This document shows, in pieces, positions 57,200 through 64,000 of a stretch of DNA of 64,000 nt; the first letter of the stretch is position 1; each line of letters begins with the position of its first letter. The stretch comes from a virus. The translations under genes and the position numbers were made by a program. The stretch is taken from IMG/VR virus record IMGVR_UViG_3300036715_002961, positions 1 through 64,000 of that record; one strand, 5' to 3'. The notes under the pieces were generated by a model. The model saw only the letters and a program-made list of their open reading frames with translations, had not been told where the DNA came from and searched no databases.

Positions 57200-57549
57200 T
57201 GACCGGCGAGCAGCGCGGCGGCGAGGCCGTCGACCTCGGCGTCGGAAATGGTGTCGTCGAGCGGCTCGGGAAACGACGCTAGCAGCTCGTTGAGCGCGTT
57301 CACGAGACTGGCGACCGCGGATCCCTCGTCGCGTGCGCGGATGTTGAAAAGCTCGTGGTCGAGGGCGCGGCGACCGGTGCGGCGATGGACCTCGGAAACG
57401 ATGAGTGCGAGCAGCACGGCGTCACCACTGCCCGTGATGCGAACGTCGGTCTCGACGCGGTAGGCGGCGTGGTTCCGCGGGCGCGTAGACGCCATGCGGC
57501 GGGCGTGGATGCGCCGCAATCGTCGCAGAACGTCCGCCAGCTCGGTCAC
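57148..57549 (-). CDS. Hypothetical protein
   Basis: GTG start at 57549 overlaps the upstream stop (GTGA). Confidence 0.45.
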   Translation of the reverse strand: MTELADVLRRLRRIHARRMASTRPRNHAAYRVETDVRITGSGDAVLLALIVSEVHRRTGRRALDHELFNIRARDEGSAVASLVNALNELLASFPEPLDDTISDAEVDGLAAALLAGHWTGGGWFSPPTRGTKN

Positions 57550-57872
57550 ACGCGCCACACGACTGCGACGCAAACGATGGACGCGATGACCGAGCAAAGG
57601 ACCGCAACGACGAAAACGATCGTCGCGACGCCGACCAGCGATCGAACATCGGGCGGCGGGGGCGGGGTATGCGACGAGAGGCGCGCCCCTAGCTCGCGGA
57701 TCAGGTCCTTGAGGCTCAGGACGTCGCGCCGAAAAAGCTCGCTCTGGTCGAGAGCCGTCTGCGAAATCCGATGGGCTTCCTCGCTGCGGCGGAGCGCTTC
57801 GGAGGCCGTTTTGAGAGCCGTTTGGGAGACCTGGTGGACCGAATCGAGGTCGACCTTTGCGGGCGCTTGCAT
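57546..57872 (-). CDS. Coiled-coil protein with C-terminal hydrophobic anchor
   Basis: LVGVATIVFVVAVLCSVIASIVCVAVVW; leaderless-type start. Confidence 0.6.
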   Translation of the reverse strand: MQAPAKVDLDSVHQVSQTALKTASEALRRSEEAHRISQTALDQSELFRRDVLSLKDLIRELGARLSSHTPPPPPDVRSLVGVATIVFVVAVLCSVIASIVCVAVVWRV

Positions 57873-57888
57873 GCGTAGACCTTACTCG

Positions 57889-59583
57889 CTAGCGCCCGCG
57901 AATGGCAGGGCGAACCTTGATGCCGCCGGCGCGGTTCGGATCATTGACACCCGCGCCCGGGGTCTTCGAGGGGAGAGCACCGAATTTCCGCGCCTGCTCG
58001 CGAGCGAACCAACATGCCATGAGGACGTCGCCCGTATGGCGTTCGGGGCGGTAGTAGAGGCATTCGTCGATCCATCGCTGCACCTTCGGATCGCAGCGGC
58101 CGAGTTTGTCGTTCGGGATGATCCAAGCGCCGTTGTAAAGCTCGACGAAAATCGAGAGAACGCCGTGCTCGGGGTGGGCCTTGTTTCGGCCCGTCGTGTG
58201 GGGACGAATCGGGATAGAAACGTCGGCCTCACGCGTGAATTGCAACAAAAGATCCTGCGCGGCGTTGTTCTCGACGCGAACGATCAGGCCGTACTTTTTG
58301 GCGTAGGCGGCAAGCTTGCGGACGATCGTGGGGCCGTCATACTTGCCGTAATCGATGTCGACGATCAGGCGGTGGCCGGTCGAAAGGACCTCGAAAATGA
58401 AGAACGCGACGTCGTCGCTGCCCTCGTTGCGAGAGACCGCAATGTCGAGACCGCCGTAGGTACCCTTGGGGTTGCCAGTCCAACGGCCAAGTTGGTGATA
58501 GCCGAGCATGCGCGCGTTGCGCTTGCAGTTCTCAACCCATTCGGCTTTGCAGTAGGCGGATCCGTCGTCGCGACAGACGCTGTAGAAGAGGCGGAGCCGC
58601 TCAATGTCGATCGGATGGTCGCGGCGCAACTGCGCTTCCCAGTCGCCGTTGAAGCGCTCAGGCCATAGCGCCGACGTCTCGGTGTGGGCGCCGCCGGCGA
58701 CGGCCGGGTTGATGCGCAAACGCTCGCCAAACGTGGGATCTGCGCCAGCGCCGGGGGCCGGGCGGACCATGGGATGATCCCAATATTGGCGATTGAAGGC
58801 GTACTCGTCGCCGGCCTTGTCGTTGACGTAAATGTGACCGTCGACCTGCATCCGCATAGTGGGCCATCCAGCTTTTTCCATGGAATGAAGGAGGTCGTCG
58901 GGATGCCAGGCCGAGTTGGTCAGGACGACCGAGCCGCGGGGATTGACCGATTCAGGCTCGACGCGCGAGTTGATGACCTGGGTAAATGTCTTGATGAGAG
59001 CCTCGCGCTGGTCCTTCGTTTGAGTGTTGCTCTCGTTCAGGAGGTCGTCGCCGAAAAGATGGTCGTAGCGACCGCCAGCGATGCCTTTTGAGTCGATGCC
59101 GAACGCGGTGAGCGTGTCGTCTTTGGAGCGCTTCGAATGCTTGACACGAAGCTTGGTCGAGGTCCATGTAGAGCCGGGGCGGACCTTCCCGTAGGAGAGG
59201 AATTTGAACGCCTCGCTACCCTCGATGTAGGACTTGACTAGACCGACGATTTTCGCCGCTTGGGCCTCGGTGGCCGAGAAGACGGCGACGCGGACGGTCG
59301 GATCGCGAGCGATCAGCCATAGAATGTACGCGACAATCGAGAAGGTTTTCGTGTGGTTAATCGGCAGGATGAAGACGCTCTTCCGATGATGGTTCATGAA
59401 ATCCATCATCAGAACCTGATGCACGACGGGGCTGACGAACGCGCCGCTTAGCTCGTCTGTCATGACCAGGCCGGCGAACGTGGGCAGGTCGTTCTGCGCG
59501 ACCTCTCGAAGCTCGTACAGCGCACGCAACGCGTCTTCTACGTCGGCCTGGGAGACAACGGTCGGCGACCTCGAAACGTCCAT
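57889..59583 (-). CDS. Terminase large subunit
   Basis: Atypical Walker A LPINHTKT, GGRYDHLFGDD, SAWHPDDL, LWPERF, nuclease GLDIA, VENNAAQ, GDVLMA. Confidence 0.9.
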   Translation of the reverse strand: MDVSRSPTVVSQADVEDALRALYELREVAQNDLPTFAGLVMTDELSGAFVSPVVHQVLMMDFMNHHRKSVFILPINHTKTFSIVAYILWLIARDPTVRVAVFSATEAQAAKIVGLVKSYIEGSEAFKFLSYGKVRPGSTWTSTKLRVKHSKRSKDDTLTAFGIDSKGIAGGRYDHLFGDDLLNESNTQTKDQREALIKTFTQVINSRVEPESVNPRGSVVLTNSAWHPDDLLHSMEKAGWPTMRMQVDGHIYVNDKAGDEYAFNRQYWDHPMVRPAPGAGADPTFGERLRINPAVAGGAHTETSALWPERFNGDWEAQLRRDHPIDIERLRLFYSVCRDDGSAYCKAEWVENCKRNARMLGYHQLGRWTGNPKGTYGGLDIAVSRNEGSDDVAFFIFEVLSTGHRLIVDIDYGKYDGPTIVRKLAAYAKKYGLIVRVENNAAQDLLLQFTREADVSIPIRPHTTGRNKAHPEHGVLSIFVELYNGAWIIPNDKLGRCDPKVQRWIDECLYYRPERHTGDVLMACWFAREQARKFGALPSKTPGAGVNDPNRAGGIKVRPAIRGR

Positions 59584-59598
59584 TCAGCGACGGATACC

Positions 59599-59628
59599 AA
59601 AAAACCCGCCTGGATGCACCAGGCGGGT
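59599..59628 (-). terminator. Rho-independent terminator
   Basis: ACCCGCCTGG/CCAGGCGGGT followed by a T run. Confidence 0.8.
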
Positions 59629-59650
59629 CGGAAGGCGAAAGGCGCGACTG

Positions 59651-60592
59651 TCAGGGCTCGAACTGAACTGGCACAACGGCCTTGGAGGCAAGGTCGCAAA
59701 TATCAACGCGAATAAGACGGCTATCGTGTCGGAAGTGCTCCCGCAACTTTTTGAGTTTTGCGAGGGCCGCTTGCATCGTCGGATAGGTAGTGGCGACCGA
59801 GCCGACTTCGTCGCCCTCGGCGAACTCGTCGCCGAAACGACACGCGCCATACGCGTCACTCACGACCACGATAAACCCTTCAGATTGACGGATGAACGTA
59901 CGGCTCAGATACGAGTTGATCGCAGTCGTGCGAGCAGCATCTTCGTGAGCCGCGCGAAACGCGCGCGAATACTCGCCTGGGAGGGGGGCGCTAATGATCT
60001 TCGAGACGTCGACCGAATCACTCTTGGGTTCGGGCTCTTTGGGGAGCTGCACCTTCAAACGCGCGATGTGGCTTAGGTTTGCCTCGCGCTCGCGACGAAG
60101 ATTGCAAGCGGCTTCGTGCTCCTTCAAACGCGCGATCTCGATCTCGTCGAGGCGGTTGATCGCCAACTTGGTCTGCACGACCAGCGCGGCGTTTGCATCG
60201 TGCAGCTCTTTGCGGGCAGCGGCCGCCTCGGCGCTAGCTGCTTCGCCGACACTGGCCAGGGGTCGAAGATCGGCGAGTTGCTTGGTCAGGTCGTTGATCT
60301 TCGCTTCGTAGTCGGCGCGCTGGCGGGCGGCGCTGTCGAACAGGCTGGCGATTTCGTCCGCCTGGTTCCGGTTGTCCTCATCCAGGCCGGCAACCGTCTT
60401 TTCGAGCTGCTCGATGCGAGCGTTCTGGGCCACGACGCGCTTTTCGTCCTCGGCCACGAGAGCCGATTCGACGCGAGCCTTGAGCGCCTGGATTCGTTCG
60501 TTGAGGTCGGCGACCGCCTTGTCGAGGGGGTCGCGGGCGAGGGTTTCTTGGCAGAGGATAGAGGCGACGATGGTGGTCAAAAATCGGAGCAT
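59651..60592 (-). CDS. Long coiled-coil hypothetical protein
   Basis: Heptad-rich for ~180 aa, with a globular C-terminus. Confidence 0.6.
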   Translation of the reverse strand: MLRFLTTIVASILCQETLARDPLDKAVADLNERIQALKARVESALVAEDEKRVVAQNARIEQLEKTVAGLDEDNRNQADEIASLFDSAARQRADYEAKINDLTKQLADLRPLASVGEAASAEAAAARKELHDANAALVVQTKLAINRLDEIEIARLKEHEAACNLRREREANLSHIARLKVQLPKEPEPKSDSVDVSKIISAPLPGEYSRAFRAAHEDAARTTAINSYLSRTFIRQSEGFIVVVSDAYGACRFGDEFAEGDEVGSVATTYPTMQAALAKLKKLREHFRHDSRLIRVDICDLASKAVVPVQFEP

Positions 60593-61260
60593 TAGCGGGC
60601 TTTCGTGGGCGACGATGGCTGCGGGGAATCGACGATCGCCGGTTGGTCTTTGGAGTGTCCAGGGGGGAGAAAATGACGGGAGCCGGTGCGCCCGGCGCGG
60701 TAAGCGGCGGCAAGGTCGAGGACACGGGAACCACCGAACAGGCCGAGGACTGCCGCGGCAATTTCACTGTCTTCCTTGACGGAGACGTCGACGTTGATCG
60801 GGGCGTAGGCGCCGATCAACTTGTGCAGCTGGTCGCGCGCCTGGCTCTCGGCGAGGAACGACGGGCGCTGGACGACGACCGTGGAGCCGTCCTCGGCCTT
60901 GCGCGTGACACCGTTTTTCGCGCGGCGGATCTGGTCCTGGACGCCGCGAAGGGCGACTGCGCGGTGTTTGACGATCCGCGTCTCCATTTCCTGAACCCAA
61001 GTCGCTTCGATCCGGTCGATCAGTACCAACGCCCGCGCGCGAGAGATGAAGGGGAGTTTGCCGCTTTGGGCGAGGCCTTGGACCTGTCGGGCGACCTGCT
61101 CCCGCGAAAGGGCGTTGGTCAACAGCTCTTCGATCGTCGCGACGTGGATCTTCGTGTCGGCGATCGTGTATTTCTGGGTTACGAGGCCGCGGTTCTCGGC
61201 GCTCATGCGCTGGCTAGGCGTGAGACCGGCGGGCGAGCGGGCGGTTTTGGGGCGGGGCAT
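60592..61260 (-). CDS. Putative terminase small subunit
   Basis: Starts MPRPKT; HTH-like LSREQVARQV; ARDQLHKLIGAYAP; upstream of the large terminase. Confidence 0.55.
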   Translation of the reverse strand: MPRPKTARSPAGLTPSQRMSAENRGLVTQKYTIADTKIHVATIEELLTNALSREQVARQVQGLAQSGKLPFISRARALVLIDRIEATWVQEMETRIVKHRAVALRGVQDQIRRAKNGVTRKAEDGSTVVVQRPSFLAESQARDQLHKLIGAYAPINVDVSVKEDSEIAAAVLGLFGGSRVLDLAAAYRAGRTGSRHFLPPGHSKDQPAIVDSPQPSSPTKAR

Positions 61261-61270
61261 CAAAACGACG

Positions 61271-61582
61271 TTAAACTGCATGCCAGGGGGCCGCAAGCAT
61301 GGACGGGAACCCAGGTTCTCGTCCGCGGGACGCCTGGAGAAAGGCGCCGAGGCGCCGAGCGGCGGCGCGGATCGCCTCACGACGCCCCGCAAACGCGTCG
61401 ATCGCCCGGTTGAGGCGCAGCGAATCGGGAACCGGGCGCGCGCCCGCGAGCGCCGCGCGACGCTCCCATTCTTGAAGATGCTCGCAAAATGCTAGCTCGG
61501 CCCAACGGTCGACGATGCCGCGAGGGCGGCGAGCGTCGCCGACACGGGCGATCCACCGCCAACGCTGCACTGAGCGCTTCAC
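61271..61582 (-). CDS. Hypothetical protein
   Basis: GTG start with GTGA overlap. Confidence 0.4.
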   Translation of the reverse strand: MKRSVQRWRWIARVGDARRPRGIVDRWAELAFCEHLQEWERRAALAGARPVPDSLRLNRAIDAFAGRREAIRAAARRLGAFLQASRGREPGFPSMLAAPWHAV

Positions 61583-61719
61583 GACGCGGCCTCGCCTTCT
61601 TTTTCCAGCGCGAAGCGCCGCTGCACCACGATCTTGGCCGACGCCTTCGACAGGCATACGAACTGCGTGAAAATGATGCTTTCGTGCATGTCGCGCACGA
61701 TGAAGTAGCGGACGGTCAC
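61579..61719 (-). CDS. Small hypothetical protein (46 aa)
   Basis: (M)TVRYFIVRDMHES...; GTGA overlaps at both ends. Confidence 0.45.
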   Translation of the reverse strand: MTVRYFIVRDMHESIIFTQFVCLSKASAKIVVQRRFALEKEGEAAS

Positions 61720-61994
61720 GACGTGACCTTGGGGGCAGGGGCGACCGAGTTCGGGAAGCGGCGGCGGACAAATGCGACCGCCTTTGTTTCCGCGTCGGGG
61801 CCATTCGCCCGGATCTCGTCAGCGATCGCGCGTGGCATCGATAGCCAGACGCCGGAACCGCCGTAGACGAAGATCGCGGCCTTCTCTACGTCGAATTTGG
61901 CGGAGAATTTACCGCCTTGGTAGTTCGATTCCACGAAAAAGTGGGTGATCGTCACAGTTTCGCCGTCGCGGATGCGGAAAAATTCAGTGTTCAT
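61716..61994 (-). CDS. Early hypothetical protein (92 aa)
   Basis: Starts MNTEFFRIR; AAAGG SD. Confidence 0.6.
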   Translation of the reverse strand: MNTEFFRIRDGETVTITHFFVESNYQGGKFSAKFDVEKAAIFVYGGSGVWLSMPRAIADEIRANGPDAETKAVAFVRRRFPNSVAPAPKVTS

Positions 61995-62029
61995 GGGGAT
62001 CGACCTTTCAGGGGGAGGGAAGGGAATGG

Positions 62030-62058
62030 AAGCGGGGCGGCTCCTAACCGCCCCGCTT
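62030..62058. terminator. GC-rich hairpin (terminator or processing site)
   Basis: AAGCGGGGCGG/CCGCCCCGCTT; weak U-tract. Confidence 0.45.
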
Positions 62059-62062
62059 TGGC

Positions 62063-62329
62063 TCAGATTTGGGTGAAGCCGAGGTTTAGGAGCGCCAGTA
62101 GCGTCTCCGCTTCGCGAAGGTTCAGAACCGCCTTCGCGACCCGATCCACGGGGACGCCCCATCGGCGACCCTCGTGGGGGTAGGAGTCGACCTCGACGAT
62201 GACCAGGCGACCGTGTTCGTCGATGGTCGCTACAGCCGCTTCGCCGTCGACCGTCAGCTCGGCGAAGAGCCAAGTCGAGAGAATGTCGGCGTAGCCGTCG
62301 TTGCGTTTGGGGTAGTCAAACTTGAGCAT
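62063..62329 (-). CDS. Early hypothetical protein (88 aa)
   Basis: Behind promoter cassette copy 1. Confidence 0.65.
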   Translation of the reverse strand: MLKFDYPKRNDGYADILSTWLFAELTVDGEAAVATIDEHGRLVIVEVDSYPHEGRRWGVPVDRVAKAVLNLREAETLLALLNLGFTQI

Positions 62330-62416
62330 TTGGAGCCTTCTTTCGGTTCATCGTCGGGTTCTTCCCCGCGACAAGGATCAACATAAACCGGAGAGCAGAG
62401 ACGCGCAATGGTTTTT
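62330..62416 (-). promoter_or_regulatory. Early promoter/leader cassette, copy 1
   Basis: TTGCGC-N17-TATGTT, GATCCTTGTCGC, GAACCGAAAGAAGG SD. Confidence 0.8.
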
Positions 62417-62438
62417 AGGCCCCTGCGCGCCGATTTTT

Positions 62439-62846
62439 TCACTTCGCCAGAACCGACTGGCTGCGGAAGCGAGCCGTGACGTAGCGGATGTCCACAAGGA
62501 TCTTGACGGTGGCGGCGAACGCATAGGCCTCTTCGGCCGTTGCGAACCGCTCGCCGTACATGTTGGGGGAGCGACCCGACTTGCGGAAGTTCACGACGAA
62601 GTGGGGGACGAACGAAGCGGCGGCCTTCGCCTCACGGGCGAGCGTCGCCGCGAGCTTCTTCTTACCGTAGACTTCGTCCGTTGCGCAGCGTTCGCAAAGG
62701 GCGACGTAGCCGTGGGCGAGGGCGTAGTCGGCGCTCATGTATTCGACGCCAGCGGGCTTGTTGCAGAGTTCGCAGGGGCACCCGGCGTAGCGGCCGTCGG
62801 CGGTACGGTTTTCGTTCGTCGAGGCGGTCTTGTAGGTCGTCGTCAT
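62439..62846 (-). CDS. Early hypothetical protein with CxxC...CxxC
   Basis: CELC...CERC; behind cassette copy 2. Confidence 0.65.
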   Translation of the reverse strand: MTTTYKTASTNENRTADGRYAGCPCELCNKPAGVEYMSADYALAHGYVALCERCATDEVYGKKKLAATLAREAKAAASFVPHFVVNFRKSGRSPNMYGERFATAEEAYAFAATVKILVDIRYVTARFRSQSVLAK

Positions 62847-62936
62847 TTGGAGCCCCTTCTTTCGGTTCGTCGAGCCGGTTCTCCCCGGCGACAAGGATCA
62901 AGCTAAACCAGAGAGCGACTACGCGCAAGGGTTTTT
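62847..62936 (-). promoter_or_regulatory. Early promoter/leader cassette, copy 2
   Basis: TTGCGC-N17-TAGCTT with the same leader motifs. Confidence 0.8.
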
Positions 62937-63422
62937 CTATGCAGTGGGCGCTTTTTCTTGCAGGTAGGCGGCGAAGAGGCGTTTCGCTGCGTCGAGATAC
63001 GGCCGCAAGAGTTTAAAATCGTAATTGAATTTACCCCACTGGACGCCCGTTACGTCGGCGAGCGACTCGACTAGCTCGCGCTCGGCGGTCATCTGCGCCG
63101 ACTCCGCGACGAGCAGCGGGCAAAAACCCACGGTCGAGACGGGGAGATCCCCACGGGCGACGCGGGCCGCCTCGCACGAGGAGTCGAAGATCGCGGCGTC
63201 GGCCTTCGAGAGCAGCCACGTGTCCTTGTGCTCTCGGATGAGGGTCACGTCTTCGGCTAGGTCGGCGAGTTCCGCGGCGGGGCGGAACGAATGGCGGGCG
63301 AGGATCTCGGCCTGGTAGCCGCGGACGATCGGACGCACGCGGGCGACCTCGGCTTCGGCGGCGAGCAGGGCGCGGAAGGCGATGAGTTGGCGGTCGGTGG
63401 CGACGAAGGGCTGGGAGAACAT
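62937..63422 (-). CDS. Early hypothetical protein (161 aa)
   Basis: Starts MFSQPFV after AAAGGA. Confidence 0.6.
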   Translation of the reverse strand: MFSQPFVATDRQLIAFRALLAAEAEVARVRPIVRGYQAEILARHSFRPAAELADLAEDVTLIREHKDTWLLSKADAAIFDSSCEAARVARGDLPVSTVGFCPLLVAESAQMTAERELVESLADVTGVQWGKFNYDFKLLRPYLDAAKRLFAAYLQEKAPTA

Positions 63423-63484
63423 GGGATCGGATCCTTTCTGAGGGGGTAGGGGCCGGGCGGCTTCTCGACGCCCAGGGGAGTGAC

Positions 63485-63718
63485 TCACGCGCCGACGACG
63501 GACTTGACACGGGCGATCTCGCGAGCTGCTTCGTTGCGGGACTTGAAGGCGGTCTCGAAGACGATGCCGTAGCCGTCTGTGAACTCGCCGCCGAGGCGGT
63601 CCGCGAGGGCGGCGAGGGCGCCGGCGACGCGCTTGTTGCCGACGCGGGAGGAGGTAACGACCGCCGTGAAGCCGCCGAGGGTCGGGACAATCGAGAAGAG
63701 GAGGTCGGAAGCGTTCAT
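63485..63718 (-). CDS. Early hypothetical protein (77 aa)
   Basis: Starts MNASDLLF; behind cassette copy 3. Confidence 0.6.
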   Translation of the reverse strand: MNASDLLFSIVPTLGGFTAVVTSSRVGNKRVAGALAALADRLGGEFTDGYGIVFETAFKSRNEAAREIARVKSVVGA

Positions 63719-63808
63719 CGGGGGGCCTTCTTTCGGTTCGGCACCGGTTCTTCCCGGCGACAAGGATCAACATAAACCCAAGAGTGCGGGCGCGCAACGG
63801 TATTTTCT
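63719..63808 (-). promoter_or_regulatory. Early promoter/leader cassette, copy 3
   Basis: TTGCGC-N17-TATGTT with the same leader motifs. Confidence 0.8.
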
Positions 63809-63847
63809 ACGTATGGGCTACGATTTCTTGCAAAGGCCGCAAATCGC

Positions 63848-64000
63848 CTAGCGCGAGGCCTCCCATTCTTCGTGAAGAACCCGCTCGCGAGCATCGCGGG
63901 CCTCGGCCGCGCGGGCCCATTTCGCGTTTGCACTGGTCACGCGGGCGCGAGACGAGCCAGGGGGGAGCTGGGATCGGCGGTAGGAGGCGCGGGCGGCGGC
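63848..64000 (-). CDS. 3' end of an ORF entering from beyond the window
   Basis: Open frame ...ANAKWARAAEARD...EWEASR-stop. Confidence 0.35.
   Translation of the reverse strand, partial: AAARASYRRSQLPPGSSRARVTSANAKWARAAEARDARERVLHEEWEASR

Larger units (their letters stand above)
968..61324. repeat. Dispersed palindromic motif GGAACCCGGGTTC (13 exact + 2 variant copies)
   Basis: Exact copies start at 968, 10041, 12471, 12781, 17024, 24247, 31365, 36203, 38545, 44446, 48565, 51497 and 55138; variants at 41462 (CCTGGG) and 61306 (CCCAGG). Counted by eye. Confidence 0.95.

Noticed and set aside
968-61324. Palindrome as IS/MITE ends, terminators or canonical parS
   Set aside because: No transposase or evident target-site duplications, no loop or U-tract, and the sequence differs from the TGTTNCACGTGAAACA-type parS.
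62330-63808. CRISPR array
   Set aside because: The repeats are degenerate, ~90 bp long, separated by whole genes, and carry promoter and SD motifs; no cas genes.
205-63851. Many long + strand ORFs (e.g. 15055-16305, 20856-22223, 29867-31396, 34624-36027, 57355-58668)
   Set aside because: They are antisense shadows of well-supported minus-strand genes in GC-rich DNA, with no recognisable motifs.

Overview
This is a GC-rich segment of a contractile-tailed (myovirus-type) dsDNA phage or prophage, with essentially all real genes on the minus strand; most long + strand ORFs are antisense shadows. In transcription order (high to low coordinates): small early genes behind three repeated sigma70-type promoter/leader cassettes; terminase; a translationally coupled DNA-hypermodification cluster (2x ParB-like, TET/JBP dioxygenase, PIG-L deacetylase, TET-associated glycosyltransferase); an accessory block (C1 cysteine protease, lipoproteins, fibre-like proteins, GH25 lysin, SLT-like protein, SGNH esterase); portal, head, tail and baseplate genes, with a -1 frameshift tail chaperone and an inserted UvrD moron; a candidate origin; a replication module (SF2 helicase, DnaB, primase, ThyX, sigma-like ORF, PolB); and a complete one-piece tmRNA (tag ANDNDLVQTIAA). 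The strongest unexplained signals are a palindrome, GGAACCCGGGTTC, found 13 times exactly plus 2 single-mismatch copies in and between genes, and at least 14 genes starting 6-7 nt after a TANNNT box (leaderless). The host may be Myxococcota (inference). All product calls come from reading motifs and synteny by eye; no database searches were run.
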